A program made the position numbers and the translations under genes. 64,000 nucleotides of DNA from Oceanispirochaeta sp. Its GTDB lineage: Bacteria > Spirochaetota > Spirochaetia > DSM-2461. The stretch is from positions 448,001-512,000 of the forward strand of contig CAXXXD010000004.1 in NCBI GenBank assembly GCA_963663385.2, read 5' to 3'. The notes beneath the pieces were generated by a model. That model saw nothing but the letters and a program-made list of their open reading frames with translations, made no database searches and had not been told where the DNA came from. Below, one piece after another: positions 39,556 through 50,608 of the stretch; position 1 is the first letter of the stretch; every line of letters begins with the position of its first letter.

Positions 39556-40639
39556 TGAAAAAGCGATAGAACATATAGCCCTCGGGGCTTCCCTTCTGGG
39601 TACCGGCGGAGGAGGGGATCCTCACATAGGTAAGCTGATGGCTCTGGATGCTATCCGCAAGTATGGACCGGTAACCCTTCTGTCGGCGGACGAACTGCCC
39701 GATGATGCTTTGATTGTCCCCTCCGCCATGATGGGCGCCCCGGTTGTCATTATAGAAAAACTCCCTAACGGACAGGAGTTTATACATGCCTTCAAAGGTC
39801 TGGAAGGTGTTCTCGGGAAGAAAGTATATGCCACCATACCCATTGAGGCGGGGGGGGTGAACTCCATGATCCCCATTGCCGTGGCGGCTCAGCTGGGAAT
39901 TCCCCTGGTGGATGCCGACGGAATGGGCCGGGCCTTTCCGGAACTGCAGATGGTTACCTATCATCTGGATGAGATCCCTGCCAGTCCCATGGTTATTGCG
40001 GATGAAAAAGGGAATACGGTTATTCTCAATACCATAACCAATAACTGGGCGGAAGAGCTGGCCCGGGGGCTGACCGTTTCCATGGGCGCTTCTGTTATGA
40101 TCAGCATCTATCCCATGACAGGCCGGCAGGTTAAGGACTCTGCGATTCTGAATATAATGAGCTTTTCAGAGGATATCGGCAGGATCATTATGGAGGGCCG
40201 GGAGAAGAATATCCTTCCCCTGGATGAAATCCTTGAGATTACCAGCGGGTATGCCCTGTTTAAAGGGAAAATCACCGATGTGGAACGCAAGCTGGAAGGC
40301 GGCTTCAACAGGGGGCTGTGCAAACTGAGCGGAGTGGACGACTGCAGAGATCAATCCATGGATATTGACTTCCAGAACGAAAATCTTATTGCGACCAGAG
40401 ACGGACAGGTGGTTGCCACTGTTCCCGATCTTATCTGCATTGTCGATCTGGATACTATGGTGCCCATTACGACGGAATCCCTGAAATACGGACAGAGGGT
40501 TCTTGTTCTGGGGATCCCCTGCGATGCCAAATGGCGGACACCCAAAGGACTGGCGACGGTTGGTCCCCGTTATTTCGGCTATGATCTCGAATATGTGACA
40601 ATTGAAAAACTGGCCGGCAGGAAGGAGGTCCTTGTATGA
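39542..40639 (+). CDS. DUF917 family protein (thiohydantoin desulfurase-like family)
   Basis: LGTGGGGDP, MMGAP, EAGGVNS, DADGMGRAFPELQM, FQNENL, VPDLIC. Confidence 0.92.
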   Translation: MRILDEKAIEHIALGASLLGTGGGGDPHIGKLMALDAIRKYGPVTLLSADELPDDALIVPSAMMGAPVVIIEKLPNGQEFIHAFKGLEGVLGKKVYATIPIEAGGVNSMIPIAVAAQLGIPLVDADGMGRAFPELQMVTYHLDEIPASPMVIADEKGNTVILNTITNNWAEELARGLTVSMGASVMISIYPMTGRQVKDSAILNIMSFSEDIGRIIMEGREKNILPLDEILEITSGYALFKGKITDVERKLEGGFNRGLCKLSGVDDCRDQSMDIDFQNENLIATRDGQVVATVPDLICIVDLDTMVPITTESLKYGQRVLVLGIPCDAKWRTPKGLATVGPRYFGYDLEYVTIEKLAGRKEVLV

Positions 40640-42189
40640 GTTACAAGCTTGGAATCGATGTTGGGGGAACCAATACGGATGCGGTGCTGATTGATGATCA
40701 GAACCGTATCCTCTCCCAGATAAAAACCCCGACTACCGAAGATGTTATGACCGGTATTAACCGGGCGGTTCTCTCTGTTCTGGATCAGGTGGATATTAAA
40801 CGGCAGGATATCGGACATGCCATGCTGGGGACAACCCACTCAACCAATGCCATTGTTACCAGAAAGCATCTTCTCAAGACCGGAGTGCTCCGGATCGGCA
40901 AGCCTGCCACCATGTGTATCGAGCCCATGACTGACTGGCCCCGGGAGCTGCTGGAAGCCGCCAGCTGCGGAACCTATATGATTACCGGCGGTCATGAATT
41001 CGACGGCCGGGAGATTTTCCCCCTGGATGAGGAGGAAATCCGGCAGGCCTGTGCCGATATGAAAGGCCGGGTAGAGGCTGTTGCTATTACCAGTGTGTTC
41101 TCTCCTGTTTCATCAGCCCATGAAACCAGAGCCATGGAGATCGTGAAGGAGTCCCTGGGGGATATCCCCGTGACGGTTTCAAATGAGATTGCTTCAATCG
41201 GTATCCTGGAAAGAGAAAATGCCACTATCCTGAATGCTTCCCTGAATAAGGTGGCCCGGACTATGGCGGAAGGTTTTCATAAGGCTCTCAAAGAGGCGGA
41301 TGTTACGGATGCGGAAGTCTATATCTGCCAGAACGACGGAACCCTTATGAATATGGATTACGCGGTTGAGTATCCTGTTCTCACCATCGCCTGCGGCCCG
41401 ACCAACAGTATCCGGGGCGCTTCATTCCTGAGTGGAAAAAAGGATGCCATTGTTCTGGATGTGGGAGGTACGACAAGCGATATCGGTGTTATAAAGGGCG
41501 GTTTCCCCCGGGAATCATCCCTGGCTGTTGAAATCGGCGGCGCCCGGACGAATTTCCGTATGCCCGACCTGAACTCCATCGGTCTGGGGGGCGGGACCAT
41601 TATTCACCGGAATGGCGACAGTTTTACTGTCGGTCCCGACAGTGTGGGGTATCAGATTACGGAAAGAGCCCTTGTTTTCGGCGGTGATACCCTGACGGCT
41701 ACGGATATTATTGTACGCCTCGGGATGTCCGATATAGGAGATCCATCCCTTGTTTACCATATGGACCGGGATTTTGCCCGGGCGGTTTTCGACCGGATGA
41801 TGGAGACCGTAAGCAACGGGATCGACCGGATGAAGCTTTCGAAAGATCCTGTTCCGGTTGTTCTGGTCGGAGGAGGCAGTATTCTGATAGGAGATACCAT
41901 TGAAGGTGTGGCCGATCTTATCCGTCCGGAGAATTTCGGCGTGGCCAATGCCCTGGGCGCTGCGATCTCTCAGGTCAGCGGTCAGATTGAGAGGGTGTAC
42001 TCTCTGGATCAGATCCCCCGGGAAGAAGCAATGGCGGACGCCCGGAAAACTGCCGTGGATGAAGCCGTTAAGGCAGGAGCGGAAGAGTCTACCATTTCCA
42101 TTGTGGAAGTGGATGATGTGCCCCTTGCGTATCTGCCAGGCAATGCTACCCGCATCCGTGTAAAAGCTGTAGGATTCCTTAAAAAATAA
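40636..42189 (+). CDS. Hydantoinase/oxoprolinase family protein
   Basis: GIDVGGTNTDAV, GTTH.TNA, RENATILNA, GPTNSIRGA, DVGGTTSDIG, GLGGG, ANALGAA. Confidence 0.93.
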   Translation: MSYKLGIDVGGTNTDAVLIDDQNRILSQIKTPTTEDVMTGINRAVLSVLDQVDIKRQDIGHAMLGTTHSTNAIVTRKHLLKTGVLRIGKPATMCIEPMTDWPRELLEAASCGTYMITGGHEFDGREIFPLDEEEIRQACADMKGRVEAVAITSVFSPVSSAHETRAMEIVKESLGDIPVTVSNEIASIGILERENATILNASLNKVARTMAEGFHKALKEADVTDAEVYICQNDGTLMNMDYAVEYPVLTIACGPTNSIRGASFLSGKKDAIVLDVGGTTSDIGVIKGGFPRESSLAVEIGGARTNFRMPDLNSIGLGGGTIIHRNGDSFTVGPDSVGYQITERALVFGGDTLTATDIIVRLGMSDIGDPSLVYHMDRDFARAVFDRMMETVSNGIDRMKLSKDPVPVVLVGGGSILIGDTIEGVADLIRPENFGVANALGAAISQVSGQIERVYSLDQIPREEAMADARKTAVDEAVKAGAEESTISIVEVDDVPLAYLPGNATRIRVKAVGFLKK

Positions 42190-42190
42190 T

Positions 42191-42278
42191 AGAATACCCC
42201 TCTCCCGGACCTCCCCCGGCCCCTCAGGAGAGAGAGTAATTACTTCTCCCCTCGAGGGGAGACTGAGAGGGGTATTCT
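42191..42278. repeat. Inverted pair of BoxC-like elements between convergent operons (may also act as a terminator)
   Basis: 14-bp perfect IR AGAATACCCCTCTC/GAGAGGGGTATTCT; internal palindromes AGTAATTACT and TCTCCCCTCGAGGGGAGA. Confidence 0.7.
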
Positions 42279-42299
42279 TCCTTCTCTGCCGGATGCAGC

Positions 42300-43757
42300 T
42301 CAGCGCTTCAGAAAGGCTTTTCTGGTCAAACCCAGTTCAGAGTAAATCCCCGTGTTTTCCCTTATGGGGTGAAACTCTTTTCTTGCGTTGTGATCCATCT
42401 CTGCCCACAGGGCATCGTAGGACGGCGTTTTATTCAGCGCTGTCATCCCGTTCATCCAGGCCCCTAGAGCTGTGGCTTCTCCGTTTCCCCAGGCCGTCAC
42501 TGATTTGTTATAGCAGTCCGCCTGGATCTGGTTGTACAGGTCGAAACGGGTCATGCCGCCGGAAACCGACACCTCTTCAATGGGGCCTGTCATCTTCTCG
42601 ATGGCCTTCAGCTGCTCCCCGAGTTCCATGGCTATGCCTTCCAGAACGGCGCGGGCCATGTCCCCCCTTGTCGTATTCAAGTCCAGGTTGAGATAAGCCC
42701 CTTTCAAGGCTCTTTCGCCGCTGATCCCTTTAAAATGGGGAATCAGAATTACCCCGTTTGAGCCGACCGGGGAGGTCCTGATCTCGCTGTCTATGAGGGA
42801 AAACCTGGTTTTTGCTTCCACATCAGGGTTCATGAAGGTTTCGCTGAACCAGCGGTAGATAGTTCCCGCCGTAAGCATATTGGCTTCGACGATATACTTT
42901 CCCGGGATGGCGGATATATTGCAGAAAATCTTTTCCTCCGGGTCGTGTACCACTTTGTCGGACAGGCCGATAACATAGGCCCCGGTTCCCGTATTAATGG
43001 CAACTTTCCCCGGGGAAGTGATCCCCAGACCCAGGGCCGCACACTGCTGATCCCCTCCTCCTGTTATGACGGGGGTTCCTTCGGGAAGGTTTGTCAGTTT
43101 TGCTGTTTCTTTTTTGAGAGAACCGCAGATACTTCCGGGAGGGACGACTTTCGGGAGCTGTTCCGCCTTGAGGGAAAAGAGTTCCAACAGGGAGGGGTCC
43201 CATCTTCTTCTCTTCAGGGAGTAGAGGTTGAATCGGCTTGCAATGGATTCATCCGTAATGAATTCCCCGGTCAGGAGGAACATGAGGTAGTCGTAAACCC
43301 CTGCCATTCTGGCTGTTTGTTCCGCTATTTCCGGACAGTTCCTTTTGATCCACAGCATCTTGACTGCAGAGAATACAGGGGACAGGGGGAGTCCTGTTTT
43401 GCGGTAGATCCGGCTGCTCGTTCCGCCCAGTTCCTCACAAAGGCTTTCTGTTCTCCTGTCCTGCCACATAATGGCGGGCATAAGCGGGTTCCCTTCTCTG
43501 TCAGCCGGGAAAACGGGTGACCGGAAGGCTGTCAGGCTGATGCCTTCCAGGGACTCCCCCTTTTCAGAAAGGTGGCGGCTGCAGTCTGACAGGATCTCCA
43601 GCAGAGACTGTTTCCAGGCAAGAGGATCCTGTTCAACACGGATCGTGTCCGGAAAACGGGGGCTGGTTGTTTTTTGGCTTGTAAAAACAGCACGTCCTCT
43701 TTCATCGAAAAGGATACCTCTCATGCTTGTTGTTCCCGTATCCAGGGACAGTATCAT
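42300..43757 (-). CDS. FGGY-family carbohydrate kinase (xylulokinase/gluconokinase-like)
   Basis: LDTGTTSMR, EQDP, WQDRRT, GGGDQQCAALG, NTGTG, RAVLEG, EATALG. Confidence 0.9.
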   Translation of the reverse strand: MILSLDTGTTSMRGILFDERGRAVFTSQKTTSPRFPDTIRVEQDPLAWKQSLLEILSDCSRHLSEKGESLEGISLTAFRSPVFPADREGNPLMPAIMWQDRRTESLCEELGGTSSRIYRKTGLPLSPVFSAVKMLWIKRNCPEIAEQTARMAGVYDYLMFLLTGEFITDESIASRFNLYSLKRRRWDPSLLELFSLKAEQLPKVVPPGSICGSLKKETAKLTNLPEGTPVITGGGDQQCAALGLGITSPGKVAINTGTGAYVIGLSDKVVHDPEEKIFCNISAIPGKYIVEANMLTAGTIYRWFSETFMNPDVEAKTRFSLIDSEIRTSPVGSNGVILIPHFKGISGERALKGAYLNLDLNTTRGDMARAVLEGIAMELGEQLKAIEKMTGPIEEVSVSGGMTRFDLYNQIQADCYNKSVTAWGNGEATALGAWMNGMTALNKTPSYDALWAEMDHNARKEFHPIRENTGIYSELGLTRKAFLKR

Positions 43758-43772
43758 TTGCTTCCTCTGTTA

Positions 43773-44465
43773 TTAATTTTGGCCATAATAGGCGTTTTTG
43801 CCATGTTTTCTTAAAAAGTGTTTATTCATCAGATCCTGCTGCATGGCGGAGCAGGCCGGGTTGATGCTCAGGCTGGATGCGGCCATAAAAGCCAGTTCCT
43901 CCAGCACCACCGAATTATGAACCGCATCTTCCGGGCTTTTCCCCCAGGTGAACGGACCGTGCGAACAGACCAGCACCGCGGGTACAAAGGCGGGGTCGAT
44001 ATTTCTGCTTCTAAAGGTTTCGACAATAACGTTTCCCGTTCTCAGTTCATATTCGTCTTTTATTTCCATTTCAGTCATTTTTCTGGTACAGGGGATCGGC
44101 CCGTAGAAATAATCCGCATGGGTTGTACCAAGAGCGGGGATGTCCCGTCCGGCCTGAGCCCAGGACGTACTGTTTCTTGAATGGGTATGAACAATTCCCA
44201 TGCACTCGGGAAAGGCTTTGTAGAGAGCCAGGTGGGTGGCCAGGTCGCTGGAGGGTTTGTATCTCCCCTCAACCACATTTCCATCCAGATCGCATACTAC
44301 CATATCTTCGGCTTTCATGGTTTCGTATTCTACACCGCTCGGTTTGATAATCACCAGTTTTTTTTCGCGGTCGATTCCGCTTACATTCCCCCATGTGTAG
44401 GTTACCAGGCCTTTCCGGGGGAGTTCGAGGTTTGCTTCGAAAACCCTTTTTTTCAGTTCATTCAT
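43773..44465 (-). CDS. araD: L-ribulose-5-phosphate 4-epimerase (AraD/UlaF)
   Basis: [44 protein letters not shown]. Confidence 0.95.
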   Translation of the reverse strand: MNELKKRVFEANLELPRKGLVTYTWGNVSGIDREKKLVIIKPSGVEYETMKAEDMVVCDLDGNVVEGRYKPSSDLATHLALYKAFPECMGIVHTHSRNSTSWAQAGRDIPALGTTHADYFYGPIPCTRKMTEMEIKDEYELRTGNVIVETFRSRNIDPAFVPAVLVCSHGPFTWGKSPEDAVHNSVVLEELAFMAASSLSINPACSAMQQDLMNKHFLRKHGKNAYYGQN

Positions 44466-45330
44466 CTGTGTATCCCCCTTCTTCCATTTTTTTCAGCATC
44501 CATTCCCGGGCTTTTTTTATTTCCAGAATCGGGTCGTCCGCCTTTTCGGTCCACATCTCAATAAGAAAGGGGCCTTTGTAATCAAGCTCGTTCAGCAAAC
44601 TGAAAAAGGCCGGGAAATCAACACAGCCCTCCCCGAAGGGAACTTCCTTGAACTGACCGTTAAATACTCCCGAGACTGCTTTTGTATCTTTCAGATGGAT
44701 GGCGGAAATCTGATGAATTCCTCTGGTGATTTCTTCTGTAATATCATTACCCCACGCACTGAGGTTCCCAATGTCCGGATAAACTGTAAACCAGGGGGAT
44801 GATATCTTCCGGGAGTATTCAAGAAAGCGGCTTATTGAATTCAGAAGAGGGTGATCCATGATTTCCATGCTGAGCATCACTTCCGCTTTGGCTGCCCAGT
44901 TTACGGCCTGCTTCAACCCGTTCAGGAAGTTTTCCCGCGTTCTGGCGTTGCCGGGGGTATAATATACATCATACCCGGCCAGCTGGATATTCCTGATGCC
45001 GAGGTCGACCGCCAGTTCGATTGCTTTTTTCATTATAACCAGAGCGGTTTTACGTGTTTCAGGATCTTCGCTGCCCAGAGGAAATTTCCGGTGCCCGCTC
45101 AGGCACATGGATGGAATTCTGACTCCCGTCTCGGCGATATTCTTAACGAGTTCAAGACGCTCTTCCTGTGTCCATTCGAGGCGTGCCAGGCGCCTGTCCG
45201 TTTCATCAATGGATATTTCAACAAAATCATAGCCGGTATCCCGGGCTATCTCCAGTTTCCGCCTCCATGTGGTTTCGGGAGGCAGGGCTTTTTCATATAT
45301 ACCCAGGGCCTGTTTGTCCAGATTGTACAT
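44458..45330 (-). CDS. ulaE: L-xylulose-5-phosphate 3-epimerase
   Basis: [53 protein letters not shown]. Confidence 0.93.
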   Translation of the reverse strand: MYNLDKQALGIYEKALPPETTWRRKLEIARDTGYDFVEISIDETDRRLARLEWTQEERLELVKNIAETGVRIPSMCLSGHRKFPLGSEDPETRKTALVIMKKAIELAVDLGIRNIQLAGYDVYYTPGNARTRENFLNGLKQAVNWAAKAEVMLSMEIMDHPLLNSISRFLEYSRKISSPWFTVYPDIGNLSAWGNDITEEITRGIHQISAIHLKDTKAVSGVFNGQFKEVPFGEGCVDFPAFFSLLNELDYKGPFLIEMWTEKADDPILEIKKAREWMLKKMEEGGYTDE

Positions 45331-45339
45331 AAAATCTAC

Positions 45340-45990
45340 CTAGCTCCAGTATTTACGGATCTCATTTTTCCATGCTCTGGCTTCTGCTGCAGGATCTTCG
45401 GCATTCCGCAGGTTTCTGCCTACGATAAAGCATTTTACAGGGATATCTTTAAAAAGCTTGATGACATCAATTGTCAGACCGCCGGTAACAGATACTTCAA
45501 AACCCATCTCTGCCAGTTTCTTGACAACTTTCATATTTGCTTCACCCCAGGATCCTCCCGAGTTTAACGCATCCCGGCTCTGATGGTAGATTACCTGTTT
45601 GAGACCGATCTTTTTCCACTCTTCGGCTTCTTCGAAAGTCCAGTTGCCAAAAAGCTCAACCTGAACTTCCCCGCCCAGTTTTTCAGCAGCTTCTACTGCT
45701 TTGGCTTTGGTGGCGTTAGCGGCGTTGCACATCACGGTTACCCAGTCTGCACCTTTGGAGCATGCCATATCCGCCAGTTCGCCACCGGCATCGACTATCT
45801 TAAGATCCGCAACAATTGTGTTATCGGGGTACAGTGTTCTTATTGTCCTGATTGATTCTGCACCTGTTGAGAGACAGAGAAGAGTTCCCGCTTCTATAAC
45901 GTCCAGTTCAGGAGCAAGCACTCTGGTAGATTCCAGTGCTTCGCTTATGGTGAAATTATCTAATGCAACCTGTAATAGAGGTAACGGCAT
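45340..45990 (-). CDS. ulaD: 3-keto-L-gulonate-6-phosphate decarboxylase
   Basis: LQVALD, IEAGT, ADLKIVDAG, ELFGNW, YHQSRDA, SVTGG. Confidence 0.93.
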   Translation of the reverse strand: MPLPLLQVALDNFTISEALESTRVLAPELDVIEAGTLLCLSTGAESIRTIRTLYPDNTIVADLKIVDAGGELADMACSKGADWVTVMCNAANATKAKAVEAAEKLGGEVQVELFGNWTFEEAEEWKKIGLKQVIYHQSRDALNSGGSWGEANMKVVKKLAEMGFEVSVTGGLTIDVIKLFKDIPVKCFIVGRNLRNAEDPAAEARAWKNEIRKYWS

Positions 45991-46177
45991 GATTCACTCC
46001 TTTATTTCATCAATAGATATGATTATTAAACAATCAAAACGAACATATTGTCAAGTGATACTTTCGTTTGAAATGGGTCTGATTTGACAGGAGTACACTC
46101 CAATATCTTTGTATATAGGTAAATATGTCTATATTTTAATAGGGTTACGTTGTTTGTTATCTTTTTTAATATATTTC

Positions 46178-46231
46178 AAATGATCAAAATGATTATTATG
46201 AGTTGACAAATGATCATTTCGGTGGGACAAT
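46178..46231 (+). promoter_or_regulatory. ulaG promoter with AAATGAT(C/T)A operator repeats (UlaR/DeoR-type)
   Basis: TTGACA(46203)-17bp-GACAAT; AAATGATCAAAATGATTA and palindrome AAATGATCATTT; TGATT-N7-AATCA at 46020-46036 on the ulaD side. Confidence 0.65.
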
Positions 46232-46286
46232 GAATCATTCAATGCATAAAAAATGAGGGATTATCCATTAATTCATAGGAGACATA

Positions 46287-47351
46287 ATGAGTAAGGTAGA
46301 TGAAATTACGCGAGAGTCCTGGATTCTTAATACATTCCCCGAGTGGGGGACCTGGCTGAATGAAGAGATTGAAGCCGAAGATGTAAAACCCGGGACCGTA
46401 GCCATGTGGTGGCTGGCCTGCACCGGTATGTGGATTAAATCGGAAGGCAATACCAATATTTGTATTGACCTGTGGACCAAGACAGGGAAAAGATCCCAAT
46501 CCAACCCCTGGATGAAGGATCAGCACCAGCATCAGAGGATGATAGGCTGTAAAAAACTGCAGCCCAACCTCCGGAATGTGCCCTGTGTCCTGGACCCCTT
46601 CGGGATTAAAAATGTGGATGCCATTCTGGCTACCCATGACCATGGCGACCATATTGACGAGAATGTTGCCGCGGCTGTTCTGCAGAACTGCAGTGATGAC
46701 GTTCCTTTTATCGGGCCTCAGGCCTGTGTGGATCTCTGGATCGGCTGGGGTGTCCCCGAAAGCCGCTGCAGGGTGGTGAAGCCCGGCGATACGGTTAAGC
46801 TGGGAGATATTGAGATCATTGCCCTCGACTCCTTTGACAGAACAGAGCTGGTAACGGCTCCCGGAGGTGTTACTCTTAAGGGGAAAATGCCTCAGGACAT
46901 GGATCGCCTGGCTGTAAATTATCTGATTAAAACACCCGGAGGCAATATCTATCACAGCGGTGATTCCCACTACTCCAATTATTATGCCAAACATGGTAAT
47001 GATTACAAAATTGATGTGGCATTCGGTTCTTATGGTGAAAATCCCCGGGGGATGACCGATAAAATGACATCCGTGGATATTCTCAGAATGGCGGAATGCC
47101 TCAATACTCAGGTAGTAATCCCCTTTCACCATGATATCTGGACAAACTTTCAGGCGGATCCCGCCGAAATCAAGGTTCTGTGGCAGATGAGAAAGGATCG
47201 TCTTCAGTACAAGTTCAAACCCTATATCCTGCAGGTAGGCGGTAAATTCACCTTCCCTGACGATAAGGACAGGATGGAGTATCACTACCCCCGCGGGTTT
47301 GAAGATGCCTTTGCCATTGAACCGGATCTGCCCTTCCGTTCTATGCTCTAA
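46287..47351 (+). CDS. ulaG: L-ascorbate-6-phosphate lactonase
   Basis: [55 protein letters not shown]. Confidence 0.95.
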   Translation: MSKVDEITRESWILNTFPEWGTWLNEEIEAEDVKPGTVAMWWLACTGMWIKSEGNTNICIDLWTKTGKRSQSNPWMKDQHQHQRMIGCKKLQPNLRNVPCVLDPFGIKNVDAILATHDHGDHIDENVAAAVLQNCSDDVPFIGPQACVDLWIGWGVPESRCRVVKPGDTVKLGDIEIIALDSFDRTELVTAPGGVTLKGKMPQDMDRLAVNYLIKTPGGNIYHSGDSHYSNYYAKHGNDYKIDVAFGSYGENPRGMTDKMTSVDILRMAECLNTQVVIPFHHDIWTNFQADPAEIKVLWQMRKDRLQYKFKPYILQVGGKFTFPDDKDRMEYHYPRGFEDAFAIEPDLPFRSML

Positions 47352-47449
47352 GCTGGTTTTGTTGGAAATCTGGGCTGCGTAGCGGCCCTTGATTGATATC
47401 GTTGTGTCCCTGCAGATTAACTGCAGAGACAAAAAACAGGAGGATCTTT

Positions 47450-48802
47450 ATGAAAAAAATGTTAGCTGTCCTGATCATTACAGCTATGGCATTTACCCTT
47501 TTTGCTGGTGGCCAGCAGGAAGCTGAAACACAGGCTGCGGCCTCAGGCGAATTCGACTGGCGTCAGTTAGAAGGGACTACTATCGTCACCTGCTTTCCCA
47601 ATCATGTAACCTACAATGCTTTAATGCCTCTTATTCCCGAATTTGAGGAACTTACGGGGATTAAGGTTGAAGTGGACCTTCTTCAGTATATGAAGATGCA
47701 TGATAAACAGGTTCTGGAAATGAGTAAACCTTCCGGTGACTACGACCTCATTTCCATGGTTTGTATGTGGAAGTCCGAGTACGCAACCGCCGGTATGCTG
47801 ACACCACTGGAACCCTTCTTTGAAAATCCTTCCCTGGCTTATCCCGATTATGATTTTGACGATCTTGTACCGGCCTATGTTGAAAATACAGGTTATGTAG
47901 GCGGTAAAAAAGTATATCTGGGCGGTCCCGGTGCCACCCTCTACGGAGTGCCTTTCGGTGCGGAGACCAGTATCCTTATCTATAGAAAGGATATCTTTGA
48001 AGAGCATAATCTGAAAGTTCCTGAAACTTACGATGAAGTTCTGGAAGCTGCCAAATATATCTATGAAAATGTAGACGGCGTATATGGTATGACCAGCCGC
48101 GGTGCAGCAGGTCATCAGGCCAATGCGGCTTACCTTCTCCATGCCTCCCCCTTTGAAGCTCAGGTTTTTGATGATAACTGGGAGCCTGTTATGAATTCTC
48201 CCGAATCAATTGCTGCTCTGAACTGGATGAAGGAAATGTTCAGCTACGGACCTCCGGGTATGACCAGTTTTGCCCAGGACGGCGAATTTCAGGCTTTCCT
48301 TCAGGGAGATGCAGCCATGTACCTTGATGCCTGTGTTTTCGCCGGTAAGGCCAGAGATCCCAAACAGTCCAAAGTATATGACAAGCTCGGTTACGCCATG
48401 CACCCCATGCAGGAAAACCGGCTCAGTGAATCCGGTGGTTTCGGTCTGGCAATTCCTGCCAACAGCAGCAACCCCGAAGCGGCTTTCCTGTTTATGCAGT
48501 GGATGACCAGCAAGGAGATTGAGCGCAAAGTTATTGATAACGGCGGCGCGCCCTTCAGGATGAACTCTGTATCGGATCCTGTACTGCAGAAAAAATACCC
48601 TGAGTTTGAAGTCCTGGCCAAACAGCTTCCCCATGTCAATCCCGACTGGAGACCTATCATTCCCGAATGGGGGGAGATCAACAATATGATGGGTATTGCG
48701 GTTAACCAGGTTCTGACTGGCGAAAAAGAACCTCAGGAAGCTATGGACGATATCGTCGCTCCTATCCGGGAAATAATGGTAAGAGCCGGTTATATCAAGT
48801 AA
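47450..48802 (+). CDS. Carbohydrate ABC transporter substrate-binding protein
   Basis: Signal peptide LFAGGQQE; FEELTGIKVEV, LIYRKDIF, VPETYDE. Confidence 0.9.
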   Translation: MKKMLAVLIITAMAFTLFAGGQQEAETQAAASGEFDWRQLEGTTIVTCFPNHVTYNALMPLIPEFEELTGIKVEVDLLQYMKMHDKQVLEMSKPSGDYDLISMVCMWKSEYATAGMLTPLEPFFENPSLAYPDYDFDDLVPAYVENTGYVGGKKVYLGGPGATLYGVPFGAETSILIYRKDIFEEHNLKVPETYDEVLEAAKYIYENVDGVYGMTSRGAAGHQANAAYLLHASPFEAQVFDDNWEPVMNSPESIAALNWMKEMFSYGPPGMTSFAQDGEFQAFLQGDAAMYLDACVFAGKARDPKQSKVYDKLGYAMHPMQENRLSESGGFGLAIPANSSNPEAAFLFMQWMTSKEIERKVIDNGGAPFRMNSVSDPVLQKKYPEFEVLAKQLPHVNPDWRPIIPEWGEINNMMGIAVNQVLTGEKEPQEAMDDIVAPIREIMVRAGYIK

Positions 48803-48817
48803 GATTTAATACTAATT

Positions 48818-48860
48818 GCCGCCCCCTGTGCATAATTGGCAGTGGAGGCGGCTTTTTTTT
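48818..48860 (+). terminator. Internal hairpin plus T8 between binding-protein and permease genes
   Basis: GCCGCC...GGCGGC-TTTTTTTT. Confidence 0.65.
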
Positions 48861-48874
48861 CGGGAGGTACTCTT

Positions 48875-49753
48875 TTGGCTTTATTGCACAGTAAGAAAAG
48901 TCCTTACATTTTTATTTTACCGGCACTCGCTATCCTGCTGTCGGTTCTGGTTGTTCCAGTATTTTCCAGTATCCGACTGAGTTTTTTCGAATGGTCCCTG
49001 CGGGATATCAGGAATGCTCCCGCTTTTATCGGACTGCGGAATTTTATTGAAATTTTCAAAAGTGAATATTTTCATACCAGTATCAGGGTTACTCTGATTT
49101 TTACTGTCAGTGTTGTGGTGCTGGAGATGTTTATCGGAATGATAATCGCTCTTATGCTGGAAGAAGGTGTCCCCGGACTGAGACTGTTTAGAACAATCTT
49201 TATCCTTCCTGTTATGATTGCTCCGGTTGTTGTCGGTGTTGTCTGGAAGTTTATGTATAATCCCTCCTACGGGAAAATCAACTATTTTCTGACACAGCTG
49301 GGGCTGAAACCGGTTGGCTGGCTTTCTGATCCCCAAATGGCCCTGGTGTCCATTATTATTACGGATATCTGGCAGTGGACACCCTTTGTTTTTCTGCTGC
49401 TTCTGGCAGGTCTTCAGGGCATCCCCGGAGATCTGAGTGATGCCGCTAAAGTGGACGGCGCCAATTACTTTCAGAACCTGATCCATATCAAGCTGCCCTG
49501 TATCTCCGGTGTAATAGGAATTACTGCGGTTCTGCGTCTGATAGATGCTTTCAGGGGCCTTGTTGTTATGTTTATTATGACCAATGGCGGACCGGGAATG
49601 TCTACGGAAATCCTGTCCCTTCATCTGTATAAAACGGCTTTTACGGATCAGCGGCTCGGCAAGGCGTCTGCTGTCGCGGTTGTCCTGCTCTTTATCATTA
49701 CCATGCTCTCCATTGTGTTTGTCCGCAACAGCATAAAAGAAGAGAAGAGGTAG
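48875..49753 (+). CDS. Carbohydrate ABC transporter permease
   Basis: FIGLRNF, WQWTPF, DAAKVDGA; TTG start after GGAGG. Confidence 0.92.
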   Translation: MALLHSKKSPYIFILPALAILLSVLVVPVFSSIRLSFFEWSLRDIRNAPAFIGLRNFIEIFKSEYFHTSIRVTLIFTVSVVVLEMFIGMIIALMLEEGVPGLRLFRTIFILPVMIAPVVVGVVWKFMYNPSYGKINYFLTQLGLKPVGWLSDPQMALVSIIITDIWQWTPFVFLLLLAGLQGIPGDLSDAAKVDGANYFQNLIHIKLPCISGVIGITAVLRLIDAFRGLVVMFIMTNGGPGMSTEILSLHLYKTAFTDQRLGKASAVAVVLLFIITMLSIVFVRNSIKEEKR

Positions 49754-49760
49754 CCCGGTT

Positions 49761-50594
49761 ATGAATATGACAGCAAGAAGAAAACTGAATGAAAGAATCC
49801 TTTTTATTCTTATCGTGATCGGGGCAGTCATCTGCCTTTTCCCGATATATGAGATGATCTCCACCTCTCTGAAATACGAAGTGGAGGCCTTTTCCATACC
49901 ACCTAAATGGATCTTTACGCCGACTCTGGAAAATTACGGCAGTATTCTGACCAGTAATAATTTTGGAAGGTACTTTGTAAACAGTATTATTGTAGCTCTG
50001 TCTACAACCTTTTTCAGTGTGATAGTCGGTGCTCTGGCAGGTTATTCCATTTCCCGTTTCCGGTACAGGGGAAAAAAGCTTATTGTAATTCTAACCCTGC
50101 TGCTCCGGATGATACCCCCGGTTATACTGGTAATCCCGGTATTTGTCATCTGGAACTCCATCGGACTGGCTAATACGAGAATCGGTCTGGTTCTGGTTTA
50201 CATCGCCCTGAACCTGCCATTTAATATCTGGGTTCTCCAGACGTTCATATCGGATATTCCCCTGTCTCTGGATGAGTCGGCTACGATTGACGGTTGTTCC
50301 GACTGGGTTGTTTTTCATAAAATAATCCTTCCCCTGATTGCGCCGGGGCTGTCTGTAGCAGGAATCTTTACGTTTCGGATTGCCTGGAACGAATATATTC
50401 TCAGTTTAGTCCTGACAAACCGGTACACAAGAACACTGCCGGTTGCGGTTTCCCTCTTTCTGACAGATACAGGAACAGAATGGGGAAAGATTACTGCTAT
50501 TGCCACAATTATTGCGGTCCCTGCATTTATTTTTACTTTTACAGCAGCCAAGAGTCTGATTATGGGTATGACTGCCGGTGCGGTAAAGGGCTAG
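49761..50594 (+). CDS. Carbohydrate ABC transporter permease
   Basis: PTLENY, ESATIDGC, AWNEY, GMTAGAVKG. Confidence 0.92.
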   Translation: MNMTARRKLNERILFILIVIGAVICLFPIYEMISTSLKYEVEAFSIPPKWIFTPTLENYGSILTSNNFGRYFVNSIIVALSTTFFSVIVGALAGYSISRFRYRGKKLIVILTLLLRMIPPVILVIPVFVIWNSIGLANTRIGLVLVYIALNLPFNIWVLQTFISDIPLSLDESATIDGCSDWVVFHKIILPLIAPGLSVAGIFTFRIAWNEYILSLVLTNRYTRTLPVAVSLFLTDTGTEWGKITAIATIIAVPAFIFTFTAAKSLIMGMTAGAVKG

Positions 50595-50608
50595 GGGAGT
50601 TGTTGAAT

